DNA of 64,000 bases from an uncultured delta proteobacterium (GCA_963706575.1 CAVPNL010000015.1:288001-352000); one strand, 5' to 3'. Shown: positions 20,702 to 31,683, counted from the first letter of the stretch. A program made the numbers and translations. Notes: generated by a model from the sequence alone, not told the origin.

Positions 20702-21700
20702 TTGGATCGCACGGCCCACCCCACCATAATCGTTCTGTTTTCCGTACTCTTGATTGCCCTCGGTACGGCTGGATATATGTGGATCGAGAAATGGACGATG
20801 CTGGATGCGCTTTACATGACGGTGATCACCGTATCCACGATCGGATATGGCGAGGTCCATGCCGTCAGCCCGCAAGGGCGTATTTTTACATTGGTTCTGA
20901 TTGTTTTGGGGGTCGGCTTTTTTCTCTACGTAATTGGCAACGTCGTACAATTTTTGGTGGAAGGACGTATCCGCCTGGTTTTAGGGAGGCACAAATTGGA
21001 CAAGCACATAAACCAGTTAAATAATCATTATATTGTCTGCGGGTATGGCAGGATGGGGCGCGCCCTTTGCCGATACCTCACCCAGAAGCACCTCAGGTTT
21101 GTGGCCATCGAGAAAAATGTCGATCGCATCCCGATCATGAATGAAGACGGCATTCTTTATATTGCCGGAGAAGCGACGGCAGAAGAAAACTTGATGAAGG
21201 CCGGGATCAAAAACGCATCGAACCTGATCACAGCCCTGGGTACGGATGCCGACAACGTTTTCCTCGTCTTGCTTGCCAAAGGCTTGAATCCGGATCTATA
21301 CGTGGTGGCCCGGGCAAGCCAGAACGCCTCTAAAAAGCCGCTATATACCGCCGGGGCGGATGTCGTTGTATCACCATTCGATGTCGGCGCCAGAAGAATG
21401 GCGCATGCCGTGCTGCGCCCGAATGTCATCCGCTTCCTGGAATTCGCTTTTGCAGATGAAAGCACCGACATTCATATTGAGGAAATTACCATCGCCGCAG
21501 CTTCGCAACTTGTTGATGTCAGCCTGAAGGAATCAGGAATCCGCCAGAATTATGACCTGAACATACTGTCCATCGTCAACGCGGACGGCACCATGGTTTT
21601 CAACCCATCGGCCACTACCCAAATTAGTGCAGGCGGGTCAATCATCGCGGTTGGCAGCAGTGAAAGCTTGGTGCGATTGGAAAAAGTCTTAAATCCTTAG
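20702..21700 (+). CDS. Potassium channel protein with TrkA-N/TrkA-C (RCK) domains
   Basis: STIGYG selectivity filter; IVCGYGRMG. Confidence 0.93.
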   Translation: MDRTAHPTIIVLFSVLLIALGTAGYMWIEKWTMLDALYMTVITVSTIGYGEVHAVSPQGRIFTLVLIVLGVGFFLYVIGNVVQFLVEGRIRLVLGRHKLDKHINQLNNHYIVCGYGRMGRALCRYLTQKHLRFVAIEKNVDRIPIMNEDGILYIAGEATAEENLMKAGIKNASNLITALGTDADNVFLVLLAKGLNPDLYVVARASQNASKKPLYTAGADVVVSPFDVGARRMAHAVLRPNVIRFLEFAFADESTDIHIEEITIAAASQLVDVSLKESGIRQNYDLNILSIVNADGTMVFNPSATTQISAGGSIIAVGSSESLVRLEKVLNP

Positions 21701-21753
21701 CAAAGTTCCAACTTTTGCAAAGGATGCATTTATTCAACAAAAAAGATCTCAAA

Positions 21754-22044
21754 TTACCCCCCCACGATCGGGGGAAACAGTGAGACGTCATCGCCCTCCT
21801 GCAATGGGGTGTTTAATTTCTGCGGAATGTGGGAATAATGGCGACCGTTGATTAAGATTCGAATATGTTGATTGAGACCCTTTCCGGTTTCATCGAAGAC
21901 CATCTGCGAAAAGCGGTCGCCAAACATATACGATAATTCATTTAGCAGTTCAATCAGGGTCAGACTGCCAATTTCGAGCTCCAGCGCAGACTGATCGCCC
22001 ATCACGTCTCGCAGGGTCAGAAAACTTCTGATGGTAATTTTCAT
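21754..22044 (-). CDS. MoaD/ThiS family sulfur carrier
   Basis: ILING...PPIVGG C-terminus. Confidence 0.9.
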   Translation of the reverse strand: MKITIRSFLTLRDVMGDQSALELEIGSLTLIELLNELSYMFGDRFSQMVFDETGKGLNQHIRILINGRHYSHIPQKLNTPLQEGDDVSLFPPIVGG

Positions 22045-22538
22045 TACACGCCCAGTTCGGCTCTAAATTCTTTAAAATTGGCCCGGTAGGCTGCCAGCTC
22101 TTCTGCGGACATTTCGTCCGGAAACTGCAGATCCACCTGGGTCAGCAAGTCCACAACCGTATTGGCATGCGGCGCAACCCCCAAAACACCCACCTTGCTG
22201 CCATGCTCCAGCTTTATCTTGCCCAGCATAAAATCCGTCACAAATTTGCTTTGCTTGCGCAAAATCTTCTTCCACTCCTGGGGCGTGGCGGCAATGACAT
22301 ATTCAGCTTCTTTGAGTGCGTCCGTTTCGGAGAAAAAAGCGATTTTGGTCAGTTCGCCTTTGTCGACAAACATACCGAAGATGATATCCTGATCAATTCC
22401 CCAAGCGGGTTCCGCCCGCACCCGATAGCACATTTTAGCGGATAGTTTTTTGAGTTTTTCCCGATATTCGGGATTGGATTGAAAACTCTTTTTACTTTCT
22501 TCAAGCCATTGCGGTGTGCAATATTGACAAGCCGCCAT
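22044..22538 (-). CDS. SCP2 sterol-binding-like hypothetical protein
   Basis: ATG after GGAGG; TPQW...WKKIL..FMLGKIKL pattern typical of SCP2-like proteins (inference). Confidence 0.65.
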   Translation of the reverse strand: MAACQYCTPQWLEESKKSFQSNPEYREKLKKLSAKMCYRVRAEPAWGIDQDIIFGMFVDKGELTKIAFFSETDALKEAEYVIAATPQEWKKILRKQSKFVTDFMLGKIKLEHGSKVGVLGVAPHANTVVDLLTQVDLQFPDEMSAEELAAYRANFKEFRAELGV

Positions 22539-22559
22539 GATGACACCTCCTCGGTTTTT

Positions 22560-22753
22560 TAGAACCCATCTCAAAAATAGGATTTTGGTTCAAGATCGCG
22601 GCGGGGCCGAGCTTTCCAGCGTTGCTGGACTTCCCGCCTGATTAAATCCTCTTTGTGAGTCGTAAACCGCAGGCATACTGTTGTATGTTGAGGATTTAAA
22701 GCGAGGCACCAACAAAGATATTGGGCCAAAAGACATTTTTGAGATGCGTTCTG
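22560..22753 (+). mobile_element. MITE-like element family A, copy 2 with a 48-bp internal insertion (22616-22663)
   Basis: Direct alignment to the 19158 copy. Confidence 0.9.
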
Positions 22754-22767
22754 GTTAGGGTTATCCC

Positions 22768-24459
22768 CTATCCGCTGTATTGACCGGATGCTTTGAATTT
22801 CTCCAGCGCCTCTTCACGCAGGACTTTTTTAAACAGCTTCTCGGTTACCGTCATGGGCATGGTTTCCCTGAATTCAACATATTTCGGCACCGCATAGGGC
22901 GCCAGCTCCTGGCGGCAGAAATCGCGGATTTCCTCCGCGGTGACCTTATCCTGAAAGCCGTCCTTTAGTTGAATCACTGCCATGACGCGTTCGCTGCCGG
23001 GCGTTTTGGGATCGGGAACCCCGATGGCCGCCGCCATATGAACGGCCGGGTGTTTGTAAAGGACTTCATCGACCGTGGTGGTATAGACCTTCATCCCGGA
23101 GACATTGACCATGTCCTTGACTCTGTCACTGAGGTGGAAATACCCGTCTTCGTCCATGACGGCGATGTCACCGGTGTGTAGCCAACCGTCATTGGTCAGG
23201 CCGGAACCGGGTTCGGGCCAATAGCCTTTCATAATCTGCGGCCCTCTGACGACAACTTCACCCGGTTCTCCAAACGGCACTTCCTGACCGCTATCCGAGT
23301 CCAGCAGCTTGCACTCGGTGTCCGGGGATGGAATCCCCATTCCGCTTTTCTCTTTGGGAATAAAACCGGTGACCTTGGAAAACGGTGAGATGTTGAAATG
23401 CGTTAAGGGCGACGTCTCCGTTAATCCGTACCCTTCCGAGACGGGTGTGCCGATTTCCTTTTTAATGGCTTCGGCTATTTCCCTGGGCAGCGGGGCTGCA
23501 CCGCAAATGGGGATCACATTCATCTTGCCGACGTTGGCCTGCACAATCCGCATTAACTGGGTCGGCACCGTGGGAATCATGAAAGGGCGATATTTCTTGA
23601 TATACTCGACCAGGGTGTCCGTGTCTCTCGGGTCCGGCATTAAAATCACCCGCAACCCCAGACTGGCTGCCGCCTGGTGGGTATAAAGACCGTAGGCATG
23701 AAAGAGCGGAACGGGTAGAAACACCGAAGCCTTTCCGGCCAGGCCGCGCAACATCGGCTTGAGCATCCAGGGAAACCCCTGCAATATACAGCTGTAGCGA
23801 TTGAAGTGCGTCACCATAACCCCTTTGGGCAGGCCGGTCGCGCCCCCGGTAAAGGCCAGCTCGCACAGGTCTTCTTTGGGATCTATGTTCACCGGTGTGG
23901 TCAGCGCTTCGTTCTCTTCAATCAGCTTTCGGAATTCATGGCAGCTCTGCGGCAAACTGCTCGAGACGTCCTGGATGTCGTAACCCGCGGTTGAGGTGAC
24001 AATGATATGCTCGATCTCACAGCGATCCTTTACCCCCAGAACCCGCTCGAGATGCTCTTGTCGGCAGATCACCACCCGGCTGCCGGAACTGCCCGCCTCG
24101 TGAACCAGTCCGTCATCGGTCCGCAAAATACTGGTAGGTACCAATGCCGCGCCTGCCTTCTTAATGGCCCAGTCGCTGATGATAAACTCGGGGCAATTGG
24201 GCAAAAAGACGCATACCCGATCTCCCTTTTGCACGCCCAACCCCTGCAGGGCTGTTGCCAGTTTTTCGGACAGCAGCTTCAGCTCCCGGTATTTTATTTT
24301 GCGGTCCAGATAAAGAATTGCCGTTTGGCCGGGGTGTTTTTCAGCGGCATCGTCCAGGGCTTTATAGACCGGCTCCTCCGGGTAGGGCGCCAGGCTGTGG
24401 TCAAGCTTATAGGGCCCCAGTTTATAACTTTTCAGCCAGGGTTTGTCGGCGTAAGTCAT
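22768..24459 (-). CDS. Long-chain fatty acid-CoA ligase / AMP-binding enzyme
   Basis: FTGGATGLPKG, EGYGLTE and GWLHTGD motifs. Confidence 0.93.
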   Translation of the reverse strand: MTYADKPWLKSYKLGPYKLDHSLAPYPEEPVYKALDDAAEKHPGQTAILYLDRKIKYRELKLLSEKLATALQGLGVQKGDRVCVFLPNCPEFIISDWAIKKAGAALVPTSILRTDDGLVHEAGSSGSRVVICRQEHLERVLGVKDRCEIEHIIVTSTAGYDIQDVSSSLPQSCHEFRKLIEENEALTTPVNIDPKEDLCELAFTGGATGLPKGVMVTHFNRYSCILQGFPWMLKPMLRGLAGKASVFLPVPLFHAYGLYTHQAAASLGLRVILMPDPRDTDTLVEYIKKYRPFMIPTVPTQLMRIVQANVGKMNVIPICGAAPLPREIAEAIKKEIGTPVSEGYGLTETSPLTHFNISPFSKVTGFIPKEKSGMGIPSPDTECKLLDSDSGQEVPFGEPGEVVVRGPQIMKGYWPEPGSGLTNDGWLHTGDIAVMDEDGYFHLSDRVKDMVNVSGMKVYTTTVDEVLYKHPAVHMAAAIGVPDPKTPGSERVMAVIQLKDGFQDKVTAEEIRDFCRQELAPYAVPKYVEFRETMPMTVTEKLFKKVLREEALEKFKASGQYSG

Positions 24460-24506
24460 TTTGACACCTCAAATAGTCTAATAGCTATTTTAAAATACAT
24501 CAACGC

Positions 24507-24678
24507 AAGTGCGCTAAAGTAAGAAGTGAGCTAAAGTGACGAATTTTTTACAAGTGAGAAGTGAACTAAAGTGAATAGAGTGCCTAAAGTTGAGGAATTC
24601 TGTCATATATATAAAAAGATGGAGCATAGCGACACCACAACTTTAGTCACTTCCAACTTTAGTTCACTTTAGTCACTT
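24507..24678. repeat. AAGTGnCTAA mirrored element, copy 2
   Basis: Same arms and core gaggaattctgtcatatatataaaaagatggagcatagcgacacc. Confidence 0.92.
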
Positions 24679-24754
24679 TTTTTGTGCTTTGTCCCTAAAA
24701 AATTGATCTGCTTTTGGATAGCTCCAATGAGCAAAAAGGAGCACACCCGGACTT

Positions 24755-26629
24755 CTATCCCCACAAATCGGCTTTCAGGTCTACCAGATCCAACTCGGCC
24801 AATTTTTCAGCAGTGGGCTTGCCGGTTTCCTTATCCCAGCCGCGCATTTCATAATAGGCATCCTTAAGTATCTCCAGGGTATCTTTATCGATCACCATAC
24901 CTTTGGCCGGTCCTTCCGGCAGGGGGTCTTCCATCAGCCGTCCGGGAAGCGTGTCGTGTTCGCGCCTGATGCCTTCGCGAACGCAAAAGGCCCGCATGAG
25001 GTTGTAGATCCTCTCCCCGCTTTTTCTGAAATCTGCCACGCCGAACTCCCATCCGGTGGCATGGGATATCAACTGCACATAGTCCTCGGCCGGCAGCAGG
25101 ATCCCCATAAACTTGCAGGCGCCGATACAGTCGAACATCGTCAGTGCATTTTCCAGATCGATGACGACTTTGGCCTCTGCGGGATTGGCCACAAACGGAT
25201 CCTCAATCGTGCTGTCCTCAACCAGTAGAAAGGGCACGTCGATGAAAGTCGGTCCCTGGACATAGGCCGTGATGTGGTCACCGCCGCGGTTGGCGGTGAC
25301 ATAGCTCAGTCCGGTAATTTTTGCAGCCCGCGGATCATAGGCGGGAAGTTCGAGCCCCTTGACATGCATGGCAAAATGGGCCGAACCCTGACCCAACTTT
25401 TGCGACATCGCCCTGGAACCTTCGGCCAGCAGATCACCAATACCTTCCCGTCTGGCGATTTTATCGATCAGGCTGACCACCAGCTCGCCGTCGCCAAATT
25501 TAAGCGCCAGGCCACCGGTTTGTTCATCGGTGAGGATTCCTTTTTCATAACACTCCATGGCAAAGGCAATGGTTGAGCCGGCGGTGATGGTATCCAGGCC
25601 ATATTCATTGCAAAGATAATTAGCCATGGTAATCGCGTTCATATCGGCCACATTGCACTGGGCCCCAAGGGTGTTGGTGGTTTCGTATTCCGGCCCCTCA
25701 CCCGAGCGGCCCGCCCATTGGCCCTCGCGAATTTCGGTTCCCCGGCCACAGGAAATCGGGCAGGCAAAACAGTTCACCCCTTTTACGAAAACTTTTTCCG
25801 TCAATGCCTGGGCGCTGACTTCATCAATCTGCTCAAAAACACCCTGCTGCCAGTTGCGGCTCGGATAGCCGCCGCGGGCATTGACCATATCAGAGACCAT
25901 ATTGGTACCGAAGGCTTCAAAGCCCACTTTGAGCATGGACTCCCCCAGCAAATCAAACTGTTTTTTGGCAACTTCTTTGAAGGTCTCTGCGTTTGCCAGT
26001 TTTATGGGTAGATTACCGCCACAGGCAATTGCTTTTACATTTTTGGCTCCCATCACCGCCCCCAGGCCGCAACGGCCGGCGGCGCGGTGCTTGTTGTTCA
26101 TAATTGCGGCATAACGCACCCGGTTTTCGCCACCGGGCCCGATCGAAGCGATCGTTAATTTCTGGTCGGCGTCCTGTTGAATATTGTCCTCGGTCTGCGG
26201 CACGGTCTTGCCCCAGAGTCCGCCGGCATCGCACAATTCGGCCCGGCCATCGATAATCCTCAGATATACCGGTTTCGGGGAGATGTCCTCAAAAATGATG
26301 CCGTCAAACCCGCTGCGTTTCAGGGCCGGCCCGAAACTGCCGCCCGAGTTGCCATGACCCCAGATTCCGGTCAGGGGGGATTTGGCAACCACTGAATAGC
26401 GCGCGGCACTGGCGGAAAGGGTTCCGGTCAGTGGCCCGGTCATGAATATCAATTTGTTTTCCGGCCCCAGGGGGTCTGCACCCGCCGGCACTTCATCATA
26501 TAAATAGCGCGTCGCCAGGCCGGCACCGCCAATAAACTTCTGGGCCCAATCCTGCCGCAGGTTTTCTTCTTCGATTCGGCCTTGCGCCAAATTGACCCTT
26601 AAAATTTTCCCCATATATCCATTGGCCAT
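24755..26629 (-). CDS. Aldehyde:ferredoxin oxidoreductase (W/Mo, AOR family)
   Basis: KSPLTG, GRCGLGAVMG, CFACPISC, GPEYET, GLDTI and HVKGLE motifs. Confidence 0.95.
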   Translation of the reverse strand: MANGYMGKILRVNLAQGRIEEENLRQDWAQKFIGGAGLATRYLYDEVPAGADPLGPENKLIFMTGPLTGTLSASAARYSVVAKSPLTGIWGHGNSGGSFGPALKRSGFDGIIFEDISPKPVYLRIIDGRAELCDAGGLWGKTVPQTEDNIQQDADQKLTIASIGPGGENRVRYAAIMNNKHRAAGRCGLGAVMGAKNVKAIACGGNLPIKLANAETFKEVAKKQFDLLGESMLKVGFEAFGTNMVSDMVNARGGYPSRNWQQGVFEQIDEVSAQALTEKVFVKGVNCFACPISCGRGTEIREGQWAGRSGEGPEYETTNTLGAQCNVADMNAITMANYLCNEYGLDTITAGSTIAFAMECYEKGILTDEQTGGLALKFGDGELVVSLIDKIARREGIGDLLAEGSRAMSQKLGQGSAHFAMHVKGLELPAYDPRAAKITGLSYVTANRGGDHITAYVQGPTFIDVPFLLVEDSTIEDPFVANPAEAKVVIDLENALTMFDCIGACKFMGILLPAEDYVQLISHATGWEFGVADFRKSGERIYNLMRAFCVREGIRREHDTLPGRLMEDPLPEGPAKGMVIDKDTLEILKDAYYEMRGWDKETGKPTAEKLAELDLVDLKADLWG

Positions 26630-26925
26630 GGCTGACCCCTCCTTTCTTTACATCTTTTCATTGTGTCACCTGACTTTAGCTATACCTGTCAAAGGGTTAA
26701 GGCAACCATTTTTTTCCTGGTAGCATTCATCCGATCTTCGATATGCAGCTAACCCATGATATTCATCGTGACATAAAATCCTATTCTTGCTAAATAGATG
26801 CCTATAGGTGGATCCAGCCATTTATTATACGGATTGACATTAAAATTCAGTCATTAATCAAGCACGTTTATACTAATGAAAGATTGTTGGCAAAGCAGCT
26901 TTTTAGAAAGAAGAGAGTCAAAAAT

Positions 26926-28497
26926 ATGGATGTGATCATTGTCGCAGGCGTGTCAAAAGACCAGGGCAAACAATACAGCGTGTATCGGAATTACCAATTG
27001 ACCCGTCAGGGCAAAGTGATGACCTACACGAATCTCAGGGAGCTATTTGGCTTCTCAGTACCGGATGAGCCCGAGGGTCAAATGCCCTATTTGGCCGGAA
27101 TCTATTTATACAATTACCTGACCCGCAGGGGGCTGCAGTGCGCGCTGATCAACTTCTTGGACCGTCAAATAGGTGACCTCGAGAAACTACTGAGCAATAA
27201 CCCCACCATTATCGCAATATCCACAACCTATCTGAACAGCATCAGGGAAGTCAAGCAGGTCACAGAAACAATTCGGAAGCATGCGCCAGATGTCAAAATT
27301 GTTGTCGGCGGAACGCTGATATTTAATAGTTATGACCTTTACCGGCGAAAGGACACAGATTATGACACAGGCAGTTGCGCGCAAGACTATTTCTTTGTCA
27401 ACGAGGAAAAGCACTTCCGGGAAGACATTGACGTATTCGTGATCGATGAACAGGGCGAATCCACCCTGGCCCAGCTTGCCATGCGTATAAAAGATGGTAA
27501 GGATTACTGCGACCTTTCTAACCTTGCATATTATCGGGACGATCGACTGATAATTACGAATCGCGTGCCGGAGGACAATTCTTTTTCAGAGGATCTGATT
27601 GATTGGGAACAAACACCTCAAGCGTACCTGCATCCGGTTTTTCCAATGCGAGGATCCCGAGGGTGCCCTTACAAATGTGGTTTTTGCAATTTCGGACCGG
27701 GTAGAACATTCAGATTGAAACCGCCGGAAATTTTTTCAAAAGAACTTGCAGCCCTGGTAAACACCGGCATCGTAAAAGTTATCCGCTTCACTGACGACAA
27801 TCTGTTCCTCAACCGGAAACAAGTCGAGATATACTGTCGTCAGATTTTGAAGAGCGCACCAGGAGTTAAATGGACGTCGTTTATTCGTGCCTCTTCGATT
27901 ACGCGGGACAACGTGGCGCTGCTCAAAGACTCGGGTTGCGTGCTCGCCCAAATTGGCATTGAGTCGGGTGATTCTGGAATTTTAAAAGAGATGAATAAAC
28001 GCGCAACACCGGAGATGTATCTTGAAGCCATCGATTTATTGAACGGCCACGGCATCAGTACCCAACTCTACATTATTATCGGATATCCGGGAGAAACCCG
28101 GGAGACCGTTAACAATACCGTGGCACTGCTCAATCAATTTGCGCACGAAGGCCCGGCTATAAATCAGCTGCTTGTTTTCCCCTTTGGGTTTATTCCACTC
28201 TCTCCGGTCTACGAACCAACGACCGCTCGTAAATACGATCTTAGCGGATATATGCAACAGTGGACGCATCAAACAATGACATCCCAGCAAGCAATGGAGC
28301 ACGCTCTAAACATCTATGACCGCGTGCAGAATCTGCACCCAAATTATGGGGTAGAGGAATTTCATCAAATGCAAGGCGCTAAACTCAAGAAAGTGTATCA
28401 GCTGCGCGCAAAGATCCACGCCGCCGAGCGCGCCCATGAACACCAGGACACATTGGACCGACTTTGGGGTGATCTCAAGGCCGTGGTGGCTTCATAA
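26926..28497 (+). CDS. B12-binding radical SAM protein
   Basis: SRGCPYKCGFC, FTDDN, IGIESG and GYPGET motifs; N-terminal cobalamin-binding-like domain. Confidence 0.88.
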   Translation: MDVIIVAGVSKDQGKQYSVYRNYQLTRQGKVMTYTNLRELFGFSVPDEPEGQMPYLAGIYLYNYLTRRGLQCALINFLDRQIGDLEKLLSNNPTIIAISTTYLNSIREVKQVTETIRKHAPDVKIVVGGTLIFNSYDLYRRKDTDYDTGSCAQDYFFVNEEKHFREDIDVFVIDEQGESTLAQLAMRIKDGKDYCDLSNLAYYRDDRLIITNRVPEDNSFSEDLIDWEQTPQAYLHPVFPMRGSRGCPYKCGFCNFGPGRTFRLKPPEIFSKELAALVNTGIVKVIRFTDDNLFLNRKQVEIYCRQILKSAPGVKWTSFIRASSITRDNVALLKDSGCVLAQIGIESGDSGILKEMNKRATPEMYLEAIDLLNGHGISTQLYIIIGYPGETRETVNNTVALLNQFAHEGPAINQLLVFPFGFIPLSPVYEPTTARKYDLSGYMQQWTHQTMTSQQAMEHALNIYDRVQNLHPNYGVEEFHQMQGAKLKKVYQLRAKIHAAERAHEHQDTLDRLWGDLKAVVAS

Positions 28498-28570
28498 ATG
28501 GCAAGCCACCTAAGGTGGCGAAAGTGGGCTGTGGCAGCTAAGGCAAGGTTAAAACGAGATTGAGTTTAGA

Positions 28571-29542
28571 TCAGGTCGGTAGCGCAAATTCTGTTGTTTT
28601 GTTGACCGTCATCCGGACAATCCTGCCATCTTCCTCCAGATACCGCAGATGCGAAATCGCTTCTCCGAGGGCAAACCATTTTTGGGCCACCGGAAACTGG
28701 TCCCAGCTCTCACAAGCAATATCCCAGGTCATATGCGCAGCCATTTGAAAGGCGCTCAGCGGGCCTTTTTTCAGAATGGTGAGCACCTCATCTAATCGGT
28801 GGGCATGATGTTTTTTCAACTCCTCGATTCTGGCTTTGGGATCGTCAATCAGACGGCGGTGCCCGGGCAAAACAAGATCGATCGGTAATTGGTAAACCTT
28901 ATCGAGGCTGGCCAGATAATCCTTTAAGGGATTGGCGGTATCCGACCAGCATTGGATGTTGGGCGTTATATCGATCAAGATATGATCGCCGGCCAGTAGA
29001 ATCTTCTTGTCTTGATCATACAGACAGGTGTGCCCCAACGTATGACCGGGGGTTGTGACACATTTGAAATGATAGTCAGCGACATCAATACGATCACCAT
29101 CATCCAAAATCTTCAATTCCGGAATCCAATCAGCGCCATATTTGGCTCCGGGATGCTTATCCAGAGCCGCTTCCAGCTCATTTTCTGGAAAACCACTTCG
29201 CGCGGCATAATCAACCATGGCCCCAAAACCTTCCCAGGATTCCATCAGTTCTTTTTCCGGCCGGCTAAATAGGATGTTGGTGGTATCCGTGGCCAGCTTT
29301 GACACCAGGCCGAAATGATCGGCGTGCAGATGGGTGACAAAAATATCGCTTTGGGCAAGATCAATTCCCAGGGCCGCCAGCCCCTTGTGCATGGCGTCCA
29401 GGCACTCTTTGCGGTTTAAACCCGTATCAACAATGAGGCTTCTTGAAGAATCCTTGATAATATAGGAATTTAGATATTTTAGCGGGCTGTCCGGTAACGG
29501 AATTTTGTTTCGAAACAGACCGGGTAATACTTCTTCACACAT
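28571..29542 (-). CDS. MBL-fold metallo-hydrolase
   Basis: THLHADH, PGH, GDH and PGH motifs. Confidence 0.92.
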   Translation of the reverse strand: MCEEVLPGLFRNKIPLPDSPLKYLNSYIIKDSSRSLIVDTGLNRKECLDAMHKGLAALGIDLAQSDIFVTHLHADHFGLVSKLATDTTNILFSRPEKELMESWEGFGAMVDYAARSGFPENELEAALDKHPGAKYGADWIPELKILDDGDRIDVADYHFKCVTTPGHTLGHTCLYDQDKKILLAGDHILIDITPNIQCWSDTANPLKDYLASLDKVYQLPIDLVLPGHRRLIDDPKARIEELKKHHAHRLDEVLTILKKGPLSAFQMAAHMTWDIACESWDQFPVAQKWFALGEAISHLRYLEEDGRIVRMTVNKTTEFALPT

Positions 29543-29635
29543 AACCTTAATCTTTTTGGGCTGTAAGGATCTTCCGTCATGGGATACTGGTTCCGCGTAT
29601 CAGTAAAGCCGCATGTTGAAGATCATCGTAAACGT

Positions 29636-30580
29636 TTACTTGGCTTTCTTCATCTCGCGACAGGCGTCGGCAATCTTGGCGGCACTGAATCCCAGTGTAT
29701 CGCTCAGATAGGGCACGTCTCCGACCTCCCCGAATCGATCCTGGGCGCCCAATCTTTTGACTTTGGCGGGATAGTTATCGGCCAGCACCTCGCAGACCGC
29801 CCCGCCCAGTCCCCCGATCACATTCTGGTTTTCAGCGGTAACCACGACCCCGGTTTTTTTGACTGATTCCAGCAAGGTATTGACATCAAAGGGTTTAACC
29901 GATGGATAGTGGATATGCTCAACATGAACACCCTCTTGATACAATGATTTAACCGCCTCGAGCGCAAGCTGGGTGGTTAAACCCGTCGTGACCAGGGTGA
30001 CATCTGAACCTTCCGTTAAAACTCGGGCTTTTTGCGGATCAAATTCATAGCTTTCGTCAAATATGGGCGAATGGACCTCTCGAATCAGTTGCATGTATTC
30101 GGGTTTTTTGCTGGCAGCCATATATTTGACCGTGGAGCGAAGTTCATAGACATCCGCAGGGCAGTAAACGCGCATGTTCGGCATGGCACGCATGATCGCC
30201 AGGTCCTGAAAGCACATATGCGTGGCGCCATTTTTGGCGGTTGTGACACCCGGCGCGGTGCCAACGATTTTTACCGGGTTTTCGGCATAGGCAATTGAAA
30301 TCGTGATCTGGTCATAAGCCCGGCGGGTGGCAAAGGGGGTAAACGTGGCACAGAAGGGCACCATCCCCTCGTTTGCCAGACCGGCCGAAATACCGATCAT
30401 GTTGGCTTCGGCAACCCCGACATCGAAAAAACGATCCGGAAACGCTTCCCAGACCCGGGGAACCGTGCCCGATGATTTTCCCAGGTCGGCTTCCAGGCAA
30501 ACGACATTGCTGTTTTCGGTCATCAGTTCAATAAGGGTATCGGTATAGACGACCCTTAATTCTTTCTCGTGTAGCTTCAT
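29636..30580 (-). CDS. Transketolase, C-terminal subunit
   Basis: DVGVAEANM, NGATH and GGLGGAV motifs. Confidence 0.92.
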   Translation of the reverse strand: MKLHEKELRVVYTDTLIELMTENSNVVCLEADLGKSSGTVPRVWEAFPDRFFDVGVAEANMIGISAGLANEGMVPFCATFTPFATRRAYDQITISIAYAENPVKIVGTAPGVTTAKNGATHMCFQDLAIMRAMPNMRVYCPADVYELRSTVKYMAASKKPEYMQLIREVHSPIFDESYEFDPQKARVLTEGSDVTLVTTGLTTQLALEAVKSLYQEGVHVEHIHYPSVKPFDVNTLLESVKKTGVVVTAENQNVIGGLGGAVCEVLADNYPAKVKRLGAQDRFGEVGDVPYLSDTLGFSAAKIADACREMKKAK

Positions 30581-31461
30581 TCTTTTTTTCCTTCTGTCCA
30601 GTTAAAATGAAACGGCTCCTCGTCGTCTTCAACGCAGACGCCCCCGATGACCCTTTTGCGCTCGTCCTCATCAGGGATGCTGATGAAATGGCATTCAATG
30701 CGATTCTCGTAGCAGACGTTGCCTTTGGCCTTGACGGTGTGGGCCACAATCATTGCCGGTTTATCTTTGACGGCGATAGCCTTGTTGATGGTATCAAAAA
30801 TCTCCTCCCAATCATGGCCATCCATCTCAAACACCTCCCAGCCAAAGGAGCGCCATTTATCCACCAATGGCTCCAATGACACGATTTTTGCAACTTCAGC
30901 GTCGATTTGCATTTTGTTGTAATCGGTGATGACCACCAGGTTGTCCAGTTTGTGATGGGCCGCAAACATCGCCGCTTCCCATATCTGGCCTTCCTGAGAT
31001 TCACCGTCGCCCACGATGCAAAAGACATTATTGGTTCTTTTCTTAAGTTTGCTGGCCAGAGCAATTCCATTGGCACATGACAACCCCTGCCCCAGCGAGC
31101 CTGCTGTTTGATCAACGCCGGGCGTAATGACCTGGTCCACATGACTCGGCAATTTTGTGCCGTTGGCATTCAAGGTCAGCAGCACGTCTTTGGGGAAATA
31201 GCCCCTGTAGGCCAGCGCGGTATACAGGGTCGGACCGGCATGTCCTTTGGACAAGATAAAACGGTCTCGATCTTCCCAGCGGGGCTCGTCCGGTTTAAGA
31301 TTCATAATTCTGAAATAAAGGCTGATGATAATTTCCACCAGACTGAGGGAGCCGCCAATGTGCCCGCCGCCCGCCCGGCACATGATATCCGTCACAATGT
31401 AGCGAAATTCTTTGGCCAGCTGATCCAACTGGTCCCTGCTCTCGATTTTGTTAATTTCCAT
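30577..31461 (-). CDS. Transketolase, N-terminal subunit
   Basis: GHIGGSLS, LSKGH, GSLGQG and GDGE..EG motifs. Confidence 0.93.
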   Translation of the reverse strand: MEINKIESRDQLDQLAKEFRYIVTDIMCRAGGGHIGGSLSLVEIIISLYFRIMNLKPDEPRWEDRDRFILSKGHAGPTLYTALAYRGYFPKDVLLTLNANGTKLPSHVDQVITPGVDQTAGSLGQGLSCANGIALASKLKKRTNNVFCIVGDGESQEGQIWEAAMFAAHHKLDNLVVITDYNKMQIDAEVAKIVSLEPLVDKWRSFGWEVFEMDGHDWEEIFDTINKAIAVKDKPAMIVAHTVKAKGNVCYENRIECHFISIPDEDERKRVIGGVCVEDDEEPFHFNWTEGKKE

Positions 31462-31473
31462 AAAAATCTCCTC

Positions 31474-31683
31474 GAAACTATCTCAAAAATACATCAAAGA
31501 AAGTGCTCTAAAGTTTAAAGTGATCTAAAGTGATCCCGCTACAGCGGGATTGAGGAATTCTATTATTTTTATAAAAAGATGGAGCAAAGCGACACCAAAA
31601 CTTTAGGCACTTTAGCTCACTTTAGTCATTTTAGGCACTCGTTGTTTTCTTGAAGCGTAATCTACTATTCATGAGACAGTACC
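31474..31683. mobile_element. Degenerate MITE-like TIR pair enclosing AAGTGnCTAA element copy 3 (31501-31639)
   Basis: gaaactatctcaaaaata ... tattcatgagacagtacc; inner element has the conserved core plus an inserted atcccgctacagcgggat hairpin. Confidence 0.75.
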
